From: Octopus vulgaris
Taxonomy: Eukaryota
Assembly: GCA_951406725.2 (NCBI GenBank)
Contig: OX597818.1
Coordinates: 4,712,001-4,776,000 of the forward strand
Direction of reading: 5' to 3'
DNA: 64,000 nucleotides
In this document: in pieces, positions 1 to 11,149 of the stretch
Layout: the number at the start of each line of letters is the position of its first letter
Numbering within the stretch: position 1 is the first letter of the stretch
Notes under the pieces: model-generated
Database searches by the model: none
The model's input: the letters and a program-made list of their open reading frames with translations, nothing else
Told to the model about the DNA's origin: nothing
Translations under genes and position numbers: made by a program

Positions 1-1290
1 GAGAATTATATAAGGCAGCTAGAAGTGAAGCTTGACAAGCGGTTTACATAGCAAAGAGAAAAGCAGAAAGTAGGAGATTTATCTATATTCTACATTGTGA
101 GGATCAGAGGAATGCGGTGTTCCACACTGCAAGACAGTGTGTCAGAGAAAATTGAAGCAGTGTGCATGAGAGGTGTATGTGGATGGGTAATAGTACACTT
201 GCACTTTGTGATTCTAAAAAGAAAGAAGTATGAAAGTGCTACAAGGAAAGGCTACTATTAAATGCGGAAAATGTTTATATGAAAGAAGGTCTTCTGAATG
301 TAGACCCAACAGAGGGACCAGCCATCTGAGTTGACAGCAGTATAATAGATAAAGCAATTGAGGACACAACGAAAGAAAAGCTTCTGGTCTATCAGGAACC
401 ACCACTGAGATGCTTAAAATATCCAATGACTGGTGTAGCAACATTATAGAAGCAATTAGAGAGGACCAGATCATGAAAGTTACAGTGAGAGTTATAGCCC
501 AATTAATTAGGAATAGAATTAGATTACCTGAGATGCAATTTGGTTTTGTGTCAGGAAGGAGTACTGTGGATGTCATCCTCCTAGTAAAGCAACAGCAAGA
601 GAAATATCCAGCTAAAAGTAAACCATTGTACTTGGCATTCATTGACCTGAAGAAAACCACAAAGTCCTCACTCTATGATCTGTGATCTCTAAGAAAGCTA
701 GGAATAGACAAATGGCTTGTTAAAACCATACATGACATGTACAGAAGTGCTGTCAGAAGAGGGAGAGTCAGCCATGAGTACAGCAATGAATTTAGTGTAC
801 AAGCAGGAGTTAACCAGGACTCAGTACTCAGCCCCTTCCCTTCATCATAGTTCTTCAGGCATAACAGAAGAATTTAAAACTGGTTGTCCTTGGGAACTAC
901 TATATGCTATATCTTCATTCTTACAACATAATCTGTAGCAGAACAGGGAAAAATTTCAGGTATGGAAGCAAAACCTGGAATAAAAGAGCTTTAAAGTTAA
1001 CCTAACAAAGACCTAAGTTGTAGTTAGCAGAAAACATAACACTCTGTTTCTGTCAGGTAAATGTTCCAGCTTGATATGTAGGGAAGGTGGTGGAAAGAAT
1101 TCCTTTCGATGTACTCTGTGCAAGTTATGGACACATAAAAGATGCAGTGGTATCTCAGGAAGGTTAACAGAAAAAGTAGTCTTTGTATGTGGCTGATGTG
1201 CTGGAACAATAAACTCCAAGGATATATGAGAAATAATTTCCTCAAATGTTCAAAAGACTCCCTAGAGGTTGTAGATAGTTTTTTGTTAAC
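1..1290 (+). mobile_element. Degenerate RTE-clade LINE, reverse transcriptase region (pseudogene); resumes at ~1998-2070 after a nested insertion
   Basis: ORF 410-685 gives MQFGFVSGRSTVDVILLVKQQQEKYPAKSKPLYLAFIDLKK, typical of non-LTR RT domains 2-3. Downstream 'EEFKTGCPWELLYA' occurs with frameshifts, and the RTE-like 'QISSGGG' continuation is at ~2002. Confidence 0.85.
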
Positions 1291-1997
1291 TAGTAGGTCT
1301 CACTATGGAAATGACTAGAGACCGAGACCTATGGAAGTATGCTGTGCGTGAGAAGACCCGGCAATAGTAGTGAAGCCATAATCCGTGGCCCCTACCTGGG
1401 ACGTAGTCAGTCCACCTGTGCATACCTTCCTTCTTGTGACACTTGTGAAGACCTGTTGAGGCAAGTGAGAATCGAATCAAATCAAATCAAATCGAACCAA
1501 ATCAAAATAGATGAACATCAATGGAATTTGTATCCTTGTGGTACCAGTGCCGGTGGCACATAAGAAAACCATCCGAACGTGACCGTAGCCAGTACCGCAA
1601 TGACTGGCCTCCGTGCTGAGGGCACGTAACAAACACCATCCGAGCGTGGCCGTCCGCCAGCCTCGTCTGGCACCTGTGTCGGTGACACATAAGAAAACAC
1701 CATCCAAGCGTGGCCGTCAGCCAGCCTCGTCTGGCACCTGTGTCGGTGGCACATAAAAAACACCATCCGAGCGTGGCCGTCTGCCAGCCTCGTCTGGCAC
1801 CTGTGTCGGTGGCACATAAAATCACCCACTACACTCTCGGAGTGGTTGGCGTTAGGAAGGGCATCCAGCTGTAGAAACACTGCCAGATCTGACTGGCCTG
1901 GTGCAGCCTTCGGGCTTGCCAGACCCCAGTTGAACCGTCCAACCCATGCTAACATGGAAAGCGGACGTTAAACGATGATGATGATGATGATGATGAT
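1291..1997 (+). mobile_element. 5'-truncated RTE-type LINE 3' end (ORF end, 3' UTR, (GAT)n tail), nested in the older LINE
   Basis: ORF end reads MTRDRDLWKYAVREKTRQ*. It is followed by (AATCA)n, ~64-bp tandem units at 1548-1826, the terminal 'ttggcgttaggaagggcatccagctgtagaaac...ggacgttaaac' and a (GAT)n tail. The same 3' end recurs elsewhere in the window. Confidence 0.8.
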
Positions 1998-2149
1998 GTC
2001 ACCAAATCAGCAGTGGAGGAGGACATTCTGAAAGTATAGTCACTAAATAGGATGAAGAAAATTCAGCCAAAGTGAAATTTTGTATTTGAGAGATCTCTGT
2101 GCATGCAGTTAATATATACCACTTACCACTTAAAATATATACTACTTAC

Positions 2150-2217
2150 TGAATTACATCAAGTTACAGAGGTAAATGATGCAGTGATACATATATCTAA
2201 GTATGTTGTGTTTCATA
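2150..2217 (-). other. Candidate short non-coding (UTR) exon of a minus-strand host transcript
   Basis: On the minus strand there is a long polypyrimidine tract plus tgtcAG acceptor and a GTAAGT donor. All three frames contain stops. Splice signals are the only evidence. Confidence 0.25.
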
Positions 2218-2390
2218 CTGACAGAGAAGGAAGAAATTAGAGGGAAGAAGTTATAGAAGAAAGAAGTTCTAGAAGAAAGATGCTATACTCTTAACCCTGT
2301 TGTTGCATTCAAACTCAGTTTGTGACACACACATAGTGCATATAAAGCAACTTGATGTGATAATATGCAAACTATATCATCCATTTGATG

Positions 2391-3290
2391 CCCCAGTTGA
2401 ACACTGAGGTCGATGTAATCGGCTTAGCCCCTCCTCCAAAACTACTGGCCTTGTGCCAAAATTTAAAACCATTATTATGATTATTATTATTATTATTATT
2501 ACATGTAGTAGTAGTAGTAGTAGTTGTGAAGGTGCATGGCTCAGTGTTTAGAACATTGAGCTTACGATCATGAGGTTGTGAGCTCGAATTCCGGACTGGG
2601 CTGCGTGTTGTATTCTTGAGCAGGACACTTTATTTCACGTTGCTCCAGTTCACTCAGCTGTAGAAATGAATTGCGACATCACAGGTGCCAAGCTGTATTG
2701 GCCTTTTGCCTTTCCCTTGGATAACACCGGTGGTGTGGAGAGGAGAGGCCGGTATGCATGGGTGACTGCTGGTCTTCCATAAACAACCTTGCCCAGACTT
2801 GTGCCTGGGAGGGTAACTTTCTGGGTGCAATCCCATGGTCTGTGTCGTGACCAAAGGGGGTCTCAGTAGTAGTAATAATAGTAGTAGTAGTAGTAGTAAA
2901 GCAGTGAGCTGGTAGAACCATTATAAAACAGGACAAAATGCATAATGTTATTTCATCTGTCTTTATGTTCTAAGAGCAAATTCTGCTGAGGTTGAGCCTG
3001 CCTTTCATTCTTTTGGGGTCAATAAAATAAGTATTAGTTTAGCACTGGGGTCAATGTAATTGACTTCTGCCTCTCCACAAAAACTGTTGGCCCTTTGCTA
3101 AGATTTAAAATCATCATTATTATTATTGATTTCAAATGCTGTAAAGTTTGACTTAGCCTTTCATCTTCCAGGGTCGATTAAATAAGTACCAGTTATGCAC
3201 TGGGGTTGATGTAATTGACTTATCTCCTCCCGCCAAATTTTAAGCCTTATGCCTATAGTAGAAAGGATTATTATTATTATTATTATTATT
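2391..3290 (+). mobile_element. Cluster of SINEs: a tRNA-headed SINE (2525-2865) plus several copies of a second SINE family with (ATT)n tails
   Basis: A-box-like 'tggctcagtg' and B-box-like 'gctcgaattc' lie at 2537-2593, followed by a MetaSINE-like central block and a (TAG)n tail. The 'gcctttcatc..ggggtc.ataa..taagtaccag' core repeats at ~3000 and ~3155. Confidence 0.75.
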
Positions 3291-3790
3291 TAGTGAGAGA
3301 GCAGCGCATTCCATCAAAGTGACACTGGCATACAAATATACGAAGCCCAATATATCCCATCATGACTACTCATCTGATAAGAGTATACCAGGCACATGCA
3401 TCACAACCAAATGTGCATGACATAGTGATTGCATATCAAGATAAACAGTGCATTACCTTGCAGGTGGGACCCAGTTAGAATTTTCTTCAGGTTGAGTTGT
3501 CCATCAAAAGGTCCCTGAATAAGGGTTCTTTAAAGATGTTGAATGAAACAACACCCATGTTTCCAGAGATGAAGTATTCAAATCCCAAAGAATTCCTCTA
3601 TGATGCTCTCTCACTACTTCTGCTCATGATCAGAAATGCACATATTGTCAGCCACTAGGAGACATGCTGAACTGGTTAAGGTCAAACAACTGACAAACAA
3701 ATCCGTGGTATTGAGTAGAATATTTGCTGTAGCCCATCTTTTATACCAATACCAAAACATGTACATAATAACACTTCCAATCAGTTAAGA
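3291..3790 (-). mobile_element. Probable retroposon 3' region ending in a (TAA)n tail
   Basis: A 500-bp block bounded by (ATT)n runs. On the minus strand it ends 'ctctctcact' + (AAT)n. Confidence 0.45.
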
Positions 3791-3803
3791 TATTATTATT
3801 ATT

Positions 3804-4234
3804 AAGGCAGTGAGCTGGCAGAATCATTAGCATGCCAGGCACAATGTTAAGCATAATTTCATCCATCTTTACGTTCTGGGTATAAATGCTGTCGAAGTCG
3901 ACTTTGCTTGTCATCCTTTTGAGGGCGATAAATTAAGTACCAGTGAAACACTAGGGTTGATGTAATCAAATAGTCCCTCATCCGAATTTGCTGGCCTTGT
4001 GCTAAAATTTCAAATCATTAAGACAGTGAGTTGGCGGAATTATTAGGAGACTGGACAAAATACTCGGTGGAATTTTGTCCATTGTTCTGAGTTCAGATTT
4101 TGCCAAGGTCCACTTTGTCCTTCATCTCTTTGGGGTTAATAAAATAAGTAACAGTCAAGCACTGATGTTGATGTAATCAACCAGGCCCTTTCCCCAAATT
4201 TTACACTTTGTGCTTATAGTAGAAAGAATTATTA
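3804..4234 (+). mobile_element. Two tandem SINE copies (same family as 2899-3290)
   Basis: 'aaggcagtgagctggcagaatc' head, the same central core and 'ttgtgc' tails occur twice (3804-4020 and 4021-4234). Confidence 0.75.
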
Positions 4235-4799
4235 TCAGTGCCAACCACTGTCCCTTTCATCATCATTATTGTTATAACTATCACCATTACTACTACCCAT
4301 TGCCATCGCAATCTCATCTTTAAAATACCAGTCAATCTTCTGAACTCATGCTGCTAATCAACAACAATACAAAACCCAAAATTGGATAGGCTTTGTGAGT
4401 TGACATCCTTCAATTTTAAAGTTTTCCATTCGTTTATTCATCCCAACCCATCTAATCTTGATATATATCTGTTTCTTTATTCAAAATTTTAAAATCTTTT
4501 ATGTATTTATTCAGTCATTTATTTATCTGTTTATATACATATATATTCAGCAAATTCTTTCTTCACAAGTGTCACTTATTCCATACAATACCATCCCGTT
4601 GTTTCCCATTTAACTTTATTTTCTTATTTTGTTATTCTATCTTATTTGCTATTTTATTTATTTCTATTGAACTCTTTTATTGAATCAATACCTACCCTCC
4701 TTACCTTATTCCCCTCTTAACCCTGTTTCTTCCTTTTCTTTTTCCCTTTTCTATTTTTCTGTTTACTTTTTTCTTTTCTTCATTTTCTGACAAGAACTT

Positions 4800-5200
4800 T
4801 ATAGATATGTAATTGTAGGCATTCATCAATCCCAAAAGGCAACATGGCCACTGTAACATGGAGACTGTTGTGTATGTCATATATGAGGCAGAGGTAACAG
4901 CAATAGGGCCATATGGGCAACTAAACAAGCAAAAGTATGTGGGAGTAACTGAAGGCCCCTTCAGAACCTGCTATAACAAGTCCTCCTGCAACATCCTAGA
5001 GAGATGTAACACCATAACCTGGGCCAAGCATGTATGGTTATTGAAAGTGCCACTGAGTACAGCCTAACGTGGAGGATTATAGAGAAATGTAAAGTGTAAA
5101 GATTATGTCTGGCTGTGAAAAGAGCGATTTTAAAGAGCACTAGCACCCAAGCAGCTGCCTGAACAGCAGAAGTTGAAATTTTCAATCCTCCCACATGAAA
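4800..5200 (+). mobile_element. Penelope-like element GIY-YIG endonuclease fragment
   Basis: VIYEAEV...KYVGVTEGPFRTCYN..SS...WAKHVWLLK matches the PLE GIY-YIG pattern. Confidence 0.75.
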
Positions 5201-5548
5201 GGAAGTACATCCTATCATACTTGTGTGCCCCATCGTGACTATAACCATCAGTCCCCAAACTTTGGTCCTCCACCAATACCTGAGAGTCTGGCAAAGAGTT
5301 TGACCACAACATACACTAATACACCCACAAACAAACACACATACTCCAGCAGACATCCACCCATTAACCCCCCCCCCTCCACTACATGTTTATATATTAG
5401 ATCAGAAATGAAGAACACTTCTTGCATGACAGTGACACTTGCTTACTACCATTGCCTGATGTCAGGGCAAGGAGACAGAAAACAAACAAACACACACATA
5501 CGTATGTATACATATATACAAGAAATATATATACAACAAATCACTTAC

Positions 5549-5611
5549 TTTCCAGATGTTGCACATGTTATGTGAATAATAGCCATATCACGATTTACAA
5601 GTGGTTGATTC
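5549..5611 (-). other. Candidate short exon of a minus-strand host transcript
   Basis: ctcacAG acceptor and aaaGTAAGT donor. One frame is open (NQPLVNRDMAIIHITCATSG) but has no recognisable homology. Confidence 0.25.
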
Positions 5612-5703
5612 CTGTGAGTTCACAATACATTCACACACACACAGACATATAATCTTTCAGTTTCTGCCTACGAAATCTACTCACAAGGCTTTGGTCAGAC
5701 CTA

Positions 5704-5744
<41 letters not shown>

Positions 5745-5846
5745 AACAGATGAGTGGTACAACAAGGCACCAATATTTATTGGAAAATAGTAATCAATAT
5801 ATATATATATATATATCAAAATAAGCCACAGGATATCAAGAGGTGA

Positions 5847-5932
5847 TGCAGTACAACCATTTCAAGTAGCTCCATTTAATTGAACAATGCTATTATTACA
5901 TTAATTTAAATGCAGGGCTATCCTCAGCTGCA
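5847..5932 (-). ncRNA. Degenerate minimal type I hammerhead ribozyme (PLE-associated)
   Basis: Minus strand reads tgcag-CTGAGGA-tagc...gcta-ctt-GAAA-tggtt-GTA-ctgca, with stem I tgcag/ctgca. Confidence 0.55.
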
Positions 5933-7034
5933 CAAATAAATAGAATTTTAATCAGTTGGACACATTAATATAATTTTTCCCAAATATTTTAACAGAACAA
6001 CAAGATGGAAGAAATTCATGTTGCTGCTATTGTAACTAAGAATAGACTACACTTCCAAGAAAGGAATGAAGCCCACTGGGGCTTGTAAAGGATTGTGGTT
6101 CATTTCTAATTTATTTGTCTTCTTATCAACTATTAAATCTAAGACTAGACAACTGTATCTGATTGGAATAAAGGGCAAGTGTGAGTTGACAGCTCATGGC
6201 TGCGTATGGTCATAAATATTGTCAAGATATTAGGAGTAGTAAACTGGGTATAAAGCAACTGTCTATAAAAGAAAGTTGGATAGGGGAAGACCCTAAATCA
6301 TGATATTAATTACCAGTTAAAGAGGCAAGATGCTAATAAAAACTATGATGTTAATACAGAGGAAATTTATCATGGGGTACTGTGGGTGATTGTATATAAA
6401 CAATATTGTTATGTTGTATAAAAATAAAATTTTAAGATTATCATAAATGATATCATAACCAAAATAGGTAAAATTTGTGTATGTATCAATTTTCAACATT
6501 AAAAAGGAAAGATTACAGAGAATCAGTTTAATATTCATTCATGTACTTAATTATTTACTTAGGTGGTTTCTATAAAGACTGCTCAGGGTATTTACTTATG
6601 GAATACTGAAAAGATAAACATGCTATCTATATATTAATTATAAGCCAAGAATCAGAAAAAAATAAAAATGTGTACAGATACACACACATATTTATCTATG
6701 TGCACACATGCACACATACACAAATATTTATATGTTTATATGGCTAGAGTATAACCATTTCGCATAGACTTAAGTCACTAAAAAGTATCTATTTACAACC
6801 AAGAAAGATAACAATTTATAAGGGATAAGAGGTTAATAGGTTATGCACTTATATGCGTATATACACATATAAAAATATTTATATGTTTATATGGATATAA
6901 TATAACCATCTCGCATAGACCAAGTAGCTGAAAAATCTCAATTTAAGAACAGTAACAACTTATAAGGGATAAGAAGTTAATAGGTAAGGATACGCAAGTA
7001 AGAAAACAAAATAATAAGAATTTATAGCAAATAA

Positions 7035-9194
7035 CACAACGTAACAATTTTCAAAAAAAAATTTGTTTATTGTGTTTTTTTATTGTTTATCAATCCATTT
7101 TTTCTGCTGATTCCAAAAATGAAATTATCTTTTGTGTATCATCAACAGTTAAGAAAATATGCCGACTTTCGATATTATTATGTATTCGGTATTGTTATAA
7201 TGTTCCGCTACTAAATGTTTGTCTAATTTTCTCTTTCAGACCAATTACTAAGTTCTGCTACGTTCAGGATGGCTACTAGAATATGTAAAAATTCTCCAGA
7301 TACATTTTGCTATGTGTGTGGTTATCATATTGGAAAAAAGCAGGTATTACATAAGACCGTGAAGGGTGCCAAATTGTGGATAGTGTACAGACTATTTCAG
7401 AATGCCCATGGGTGATTAGGACAAACCATGGGCCTCGCATGTGTTATGTGGAAACTGTCGATCTACTCTAGAAGGATGGTTAAGAGGTACAGGAAGGTCA
7501 ATGCCTTTTGCCATTCCAAGGGTATGGAGAAAGCCAAAGAACCATCACGATGACTGTTACTTTTGTATGATCGATGTGACAAAGTACAGAAAAGTGAAAG
7601 GAAGACAAGCTCTTCAGTATCCAGACATACCATCATCTAGAGCACCTGTCCCACATGATGACAGTTTATGAGTATCACTACCACCAGAAAATATTTCATC
7701 TGAAGAGCCAACAAGTAACAGCAGCCAAGAAATGGAGGAAGCTTTCGTACCAAGAATGACTTTGGAGCCTCACTTTCCAAATCAAAGTGAGCTAGATGAT
7801 TTAATCAGGGATCTGGGTCTTACTAAGTCAGGAGCTGAACTTCTTTCATCAAGGTTGAAGGAATGGAATCTATTGGGGGAAGACTGAAAGATATCTCTGT
7901 ACTGGAAACGCCATGAAGAATTTGAAATTTACTATGAAAATATTAATGATCTGTGTTATTGTAAAGATGTGATTGGTTTGTTTACTGCTATTGGACTCAA
8001 GCATGATTCTGCAGAATGGCAACTGTTCATAGATAGCTCAACATGAAGTCTCAAAGTAGTGTTGCTCCACAATGGAAATAAATATCCTTCTTTGCCTCTT
8101 GCACACTCCAATGTCAAAGAACTTCTCGACAAAATAAATTATGCTGAGTTCAAGTGGGATGTTTGTGGTGATTTCAAGATGCTTGTCTTCTTGCTTGGCT
8201 TGCAAGGGGGATACACAAAGTATTCGTGTTTCTTTTGCTTATGGGACAGCAGAGCTGATGATGATCATTACAAGAGTACATTGGCCCCCCAAAAGCCACT
8301 AGTAGATTCCAATAAAATCTTATTACCCCCACTTCATATCAAACTCGGATTGGTAAAACAGTTTGTGAAGGCCTTAGATTTTAGAGGAGAAGCTTTTCAA
8401 GAAATTTACCTTATGTTTCCAAAGCTATCTGAGGCTAAGATCAAGGGTGACATATTTGTTGGGTCCCAAGTAAATGCAATGTTAAAGTCGAAGAAACCGG
8501 AAAGAGCGATGACAAAAGTTGAAAAAGAAGCTTGGCGTGCATTTCGTGATGTACTTCATGGATTCATAGGAAATCACAAGAATCCTAATTACAAACAGCT
8601 GGTAGCAAAGCTTATTGAAAACTTCAAGAAAATGGGTTGTTGTATGTCCTTAAAGGTTCATTTTTTTGCACTCTTACCTAGATTTTTCCCCGAAAACTTG
8701 GGTGATGTCAGTGAGGAGCATGGTGAGAAATTTCATCAGGACATCGCAACTATGGAAAAAAGATACCAAAGACGATGGGATACTGCCATGGTGGGAGATT
8801 ATATATGGTCTCTAGTCAGAAGAGATGAAGGTATACACTCCAGAAAATCTCGATCGTCAAAGCACTTCTCATCTTAAGAAAAGAGTTATCAAGGCATTTA
8901 CAGGGCAGAGTTATTGTTTCTTTTTGTTCTAACTAATATTATACTTCCTACATACCTTTCAATATATGAAAAAGTACTAAGTGTTGTGTAATTATCCTTA
9001 CAATACTAGAATAGATTGAACCAACAAAGTGCTGTAGAGAAAAGTTACAAATGTAATGAGCAAATATGAAATTAGGAATAAATAAATAACTATTGATGTT
9101 ACGTCAAAATGAATGTGATTTTTGAATTTAGTGGCAAAAAATACATATATGAATATTAAGAAATACAAATAAACAAAACATGTGTTACATTGTG
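7035..9194 (+). mobile_element. Full-length but inactivated Chapaev3-type (CMC) DNA transposon
   Basis: TIRs are cacaacgtaaca / tgttacattgtg and the 3-bp TSD TAA is on both sides (7032-7034, 9195-9197). Transposase remnants include MPFAIPRVWRKPKNHHDDCYFC, WDVCGDFKM, LLPPLHIKLGLVKQFVKAL and SEEHGEKFHQDI. Confidence 0.85.
7269..8877 (+). pseudogene. Chapaev3-like transposase pseudogene
   Basis: ORF pieces 7441-7671 and 8059-8877 are linked across stops and frameshifts, with an N-terminal Cys-rich region. Confidence 0.8.
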
Positions 9195-9504
9195 TAATAA
9201 GAAATCTATATAACCTACATTAAAAGAGACTGGTTATTAAATTTGAGGTAGGGAAGAGATAAAAGTAACCCAAAAAGAGGAGGTAGTAGGTATGGGCGTA
9301 GTGAGGGCAGTTAGAGGTATTCAGAGTTACTCTATACCCAATTTACTACTCTTAATATCTTGACAATATTTATGACCATACCTAGCCATGAGCTGTCAAC
9401 TCACTCTATCCCTTCATTCCAAACAGACACAGTCCTCTAGTCTTAGATTTAGTAGTTGATAAGAAGACAAATAAATTAGAAATGAACCACAATCCTTTAC
9501 AAGC

Positions 9505-9729
9505 TAGGTGAGAGTGCAAAAAAATGAACCTTTAAGGACATACGACAACCCATTTTCTTGAAGTTTTCAATAAGCTTTGCTACCAGCTGTTTGTAATTAG
9601 GATTCTTGTGATTTCCTATGAATCCACGAAGTATATCACGAAATGCACACCAAGCTTCTTTTTCAACTTTTGTCATCGCTCTTTCCAGTTTCTTCGACTT
9701 TAACATTGCATTTACATGGGACCCAACAA
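9505..9729 (-). repeat. Inverted copy of the internal Chapaev transposase segment 8456-8680
   Basis: The reverse complement matches 8456-8680 with about 7 substitutions and shares the 7-T frameshift run. Confidence 0.9.
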
Positions 9730-9861
9730 GTGGGCTCCATTCCTTCCTTGGAAGTGTAGTCTATTCTTAGCTACAATAGCGACAGCATGGATTTCTTCCA
9801 TCTTCTTGCTCTGTTAAAGTATTTGAGAAAAAATATATTAATGTGTCCAACTGATTAAAAT

Positions 9862-11040
9862 ATCATAAAGGTACATCGAGGACTTTTAAAGATAATTACC
9901 CTCATAACAAGTTATGTCCTAGCAAAACTGTTTGATTGATAATTCCATATGGTAAGCAGATCAAATCCAACCTCCCTTACCAGTTTCGTGAAGCTATAGA
10001 TAAAAATTTCCCCCAAATTTCAAGATACTATTCGATTATTAATTCACACTGAATCAGGATAGGGTTTTCAAACATTAAAAACCTTTCATAAATTATCTCT
10101 TTGCATAATAATAAGCTGTTAAATACAAATCCACTTAATGAAAATAGTAACATTGACATTATTAACACTAATCATTCTTTTTGTTTCCTTAGCAGTAATT
10201 CTAAGACTAGAAACTCTATTTGTCAATGTAAAATTACATCCGGTTCTGACGTCTTTTTTTTATAAAGATAGTACTTCATCTCAGTTGTCCAAAAGAATAT
10301 CTAATCATTACTCTACATTTAGACATATCAATAAATGTAACAATACTGGACTTAGTAAATTAATTTGGTCTCTAAAGGAACATAATAAACAATTTGATTT
10401 GGAATGTAATATTCTATCTAAATCATTTCCGTCTAATAAAAGTAAATCTTTTTATTTGCTCTATAACAATGAATTGTATTTCATCCTGTTCTCAGAGAAC
10501 CTTCTTGTAAGCATGTTTAAAGAACAGTGGTAAAAACATACCTTTAGTTCCTATAAGTGATTTCTACTAGACTATAAAACTGTCTTTAGCCTTTATTCCA
10601 TTTCACCTATCGCACTATATTTCTCCACTTTAATTTTCTGCTAATTTTTTTTCTTTCTCCTCCTTCTCTTTCAATAAATTACCTTTGATGTTATATATAT
10701 TAACTGTTTCTTTTTTAAATAATGTACCAGTGTTCCCTTCGTCATAAATTCAGTAATAAGATTCAGTTAAAATGTCTTATTCATGTATTTTGTTTCTCTT
10801 TTTTACCCTGATGAGAAGCTTGCATTTTTTTTTACAACATTTTATTATTTCCAGAAATAATAAAATAATACTAATATTTTCTTTGAAACATATGTCGGAA
10901 GTATAAAGATTTGATTAACACCATTTATTTATATATGCTATACAAAAGCATTTCACAAAAACTTTGATTTCTACCTTTATAAGTAGGCTGTTACATCCTT
11001 GGTAACTATTTATTTATGTTTTCCGTGTTATTTATAAACA
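9862..11040 (+). mobile_element. Penelope-like element 3' fragment (GIY-YIG region and pLTR)
   Basis: LIIPYGKQIKSNLPYQFREAIDKNFP...RISNHYSTFRH..CNNTGLSKLIWSLKE is present, with a hammerhead motif downstream. Confidence 0.75.
10806..10898 (+). ncRNA. Minimal hammerhead ribozyme motif (PLE pLTR)
   Basis: cc-CTGATGA-gaag...cttt-GAAA-catat-GTC-gg, with palindromic stem III (acatatgt). Confidence 0.65.
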
Positions 11041-11149
11041 TTGAAAAAATACACATACACTTATATATATATATGAAAGGTATTGGTGTCAGGAAGACAC
11101 AAAAGGTAAATGTTAAGTAAGTGCTATGGTTAAACCATAGTTAAGCTCC

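Larger units (their letters stand above)
5760..9858. mobile_element. Penelope-like pLTR region with an inverted partial copy (5947-6251 vs 9334-9861), interrupted by the Chapaev3-type element
   Basis: 9334-9861 is the reverse complement of ~5947-6251, apart from a 225-bp insert. A hammerhead motif is adjacent at 5847-5932, and there is an internal ~150-bp tandem duplication at 6720-6990. Confidence 0.65.

Noticed and set aside
1548-1830. Regular ~64-bp repeats as a CRISPR-like array, or as a repeat protein (ORFs 1477-1955)
   Set aside because: The units are whole-length tandem copies without unique spacers, inside a eukaryotic LINE 3' UTR, and no cas genes are present.
2525-2605. tRNA gene
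   Set aside because: The A/B boxes continue into a SINE body and no complete cloverleaf can be formed.
8059-8877. 272-aa ORF as a functional or domesticated transposase
   Set aside because: Upstream stops, internal deletions and compensating frameshifts inside TIR-bounded DNA indicate a dead element.
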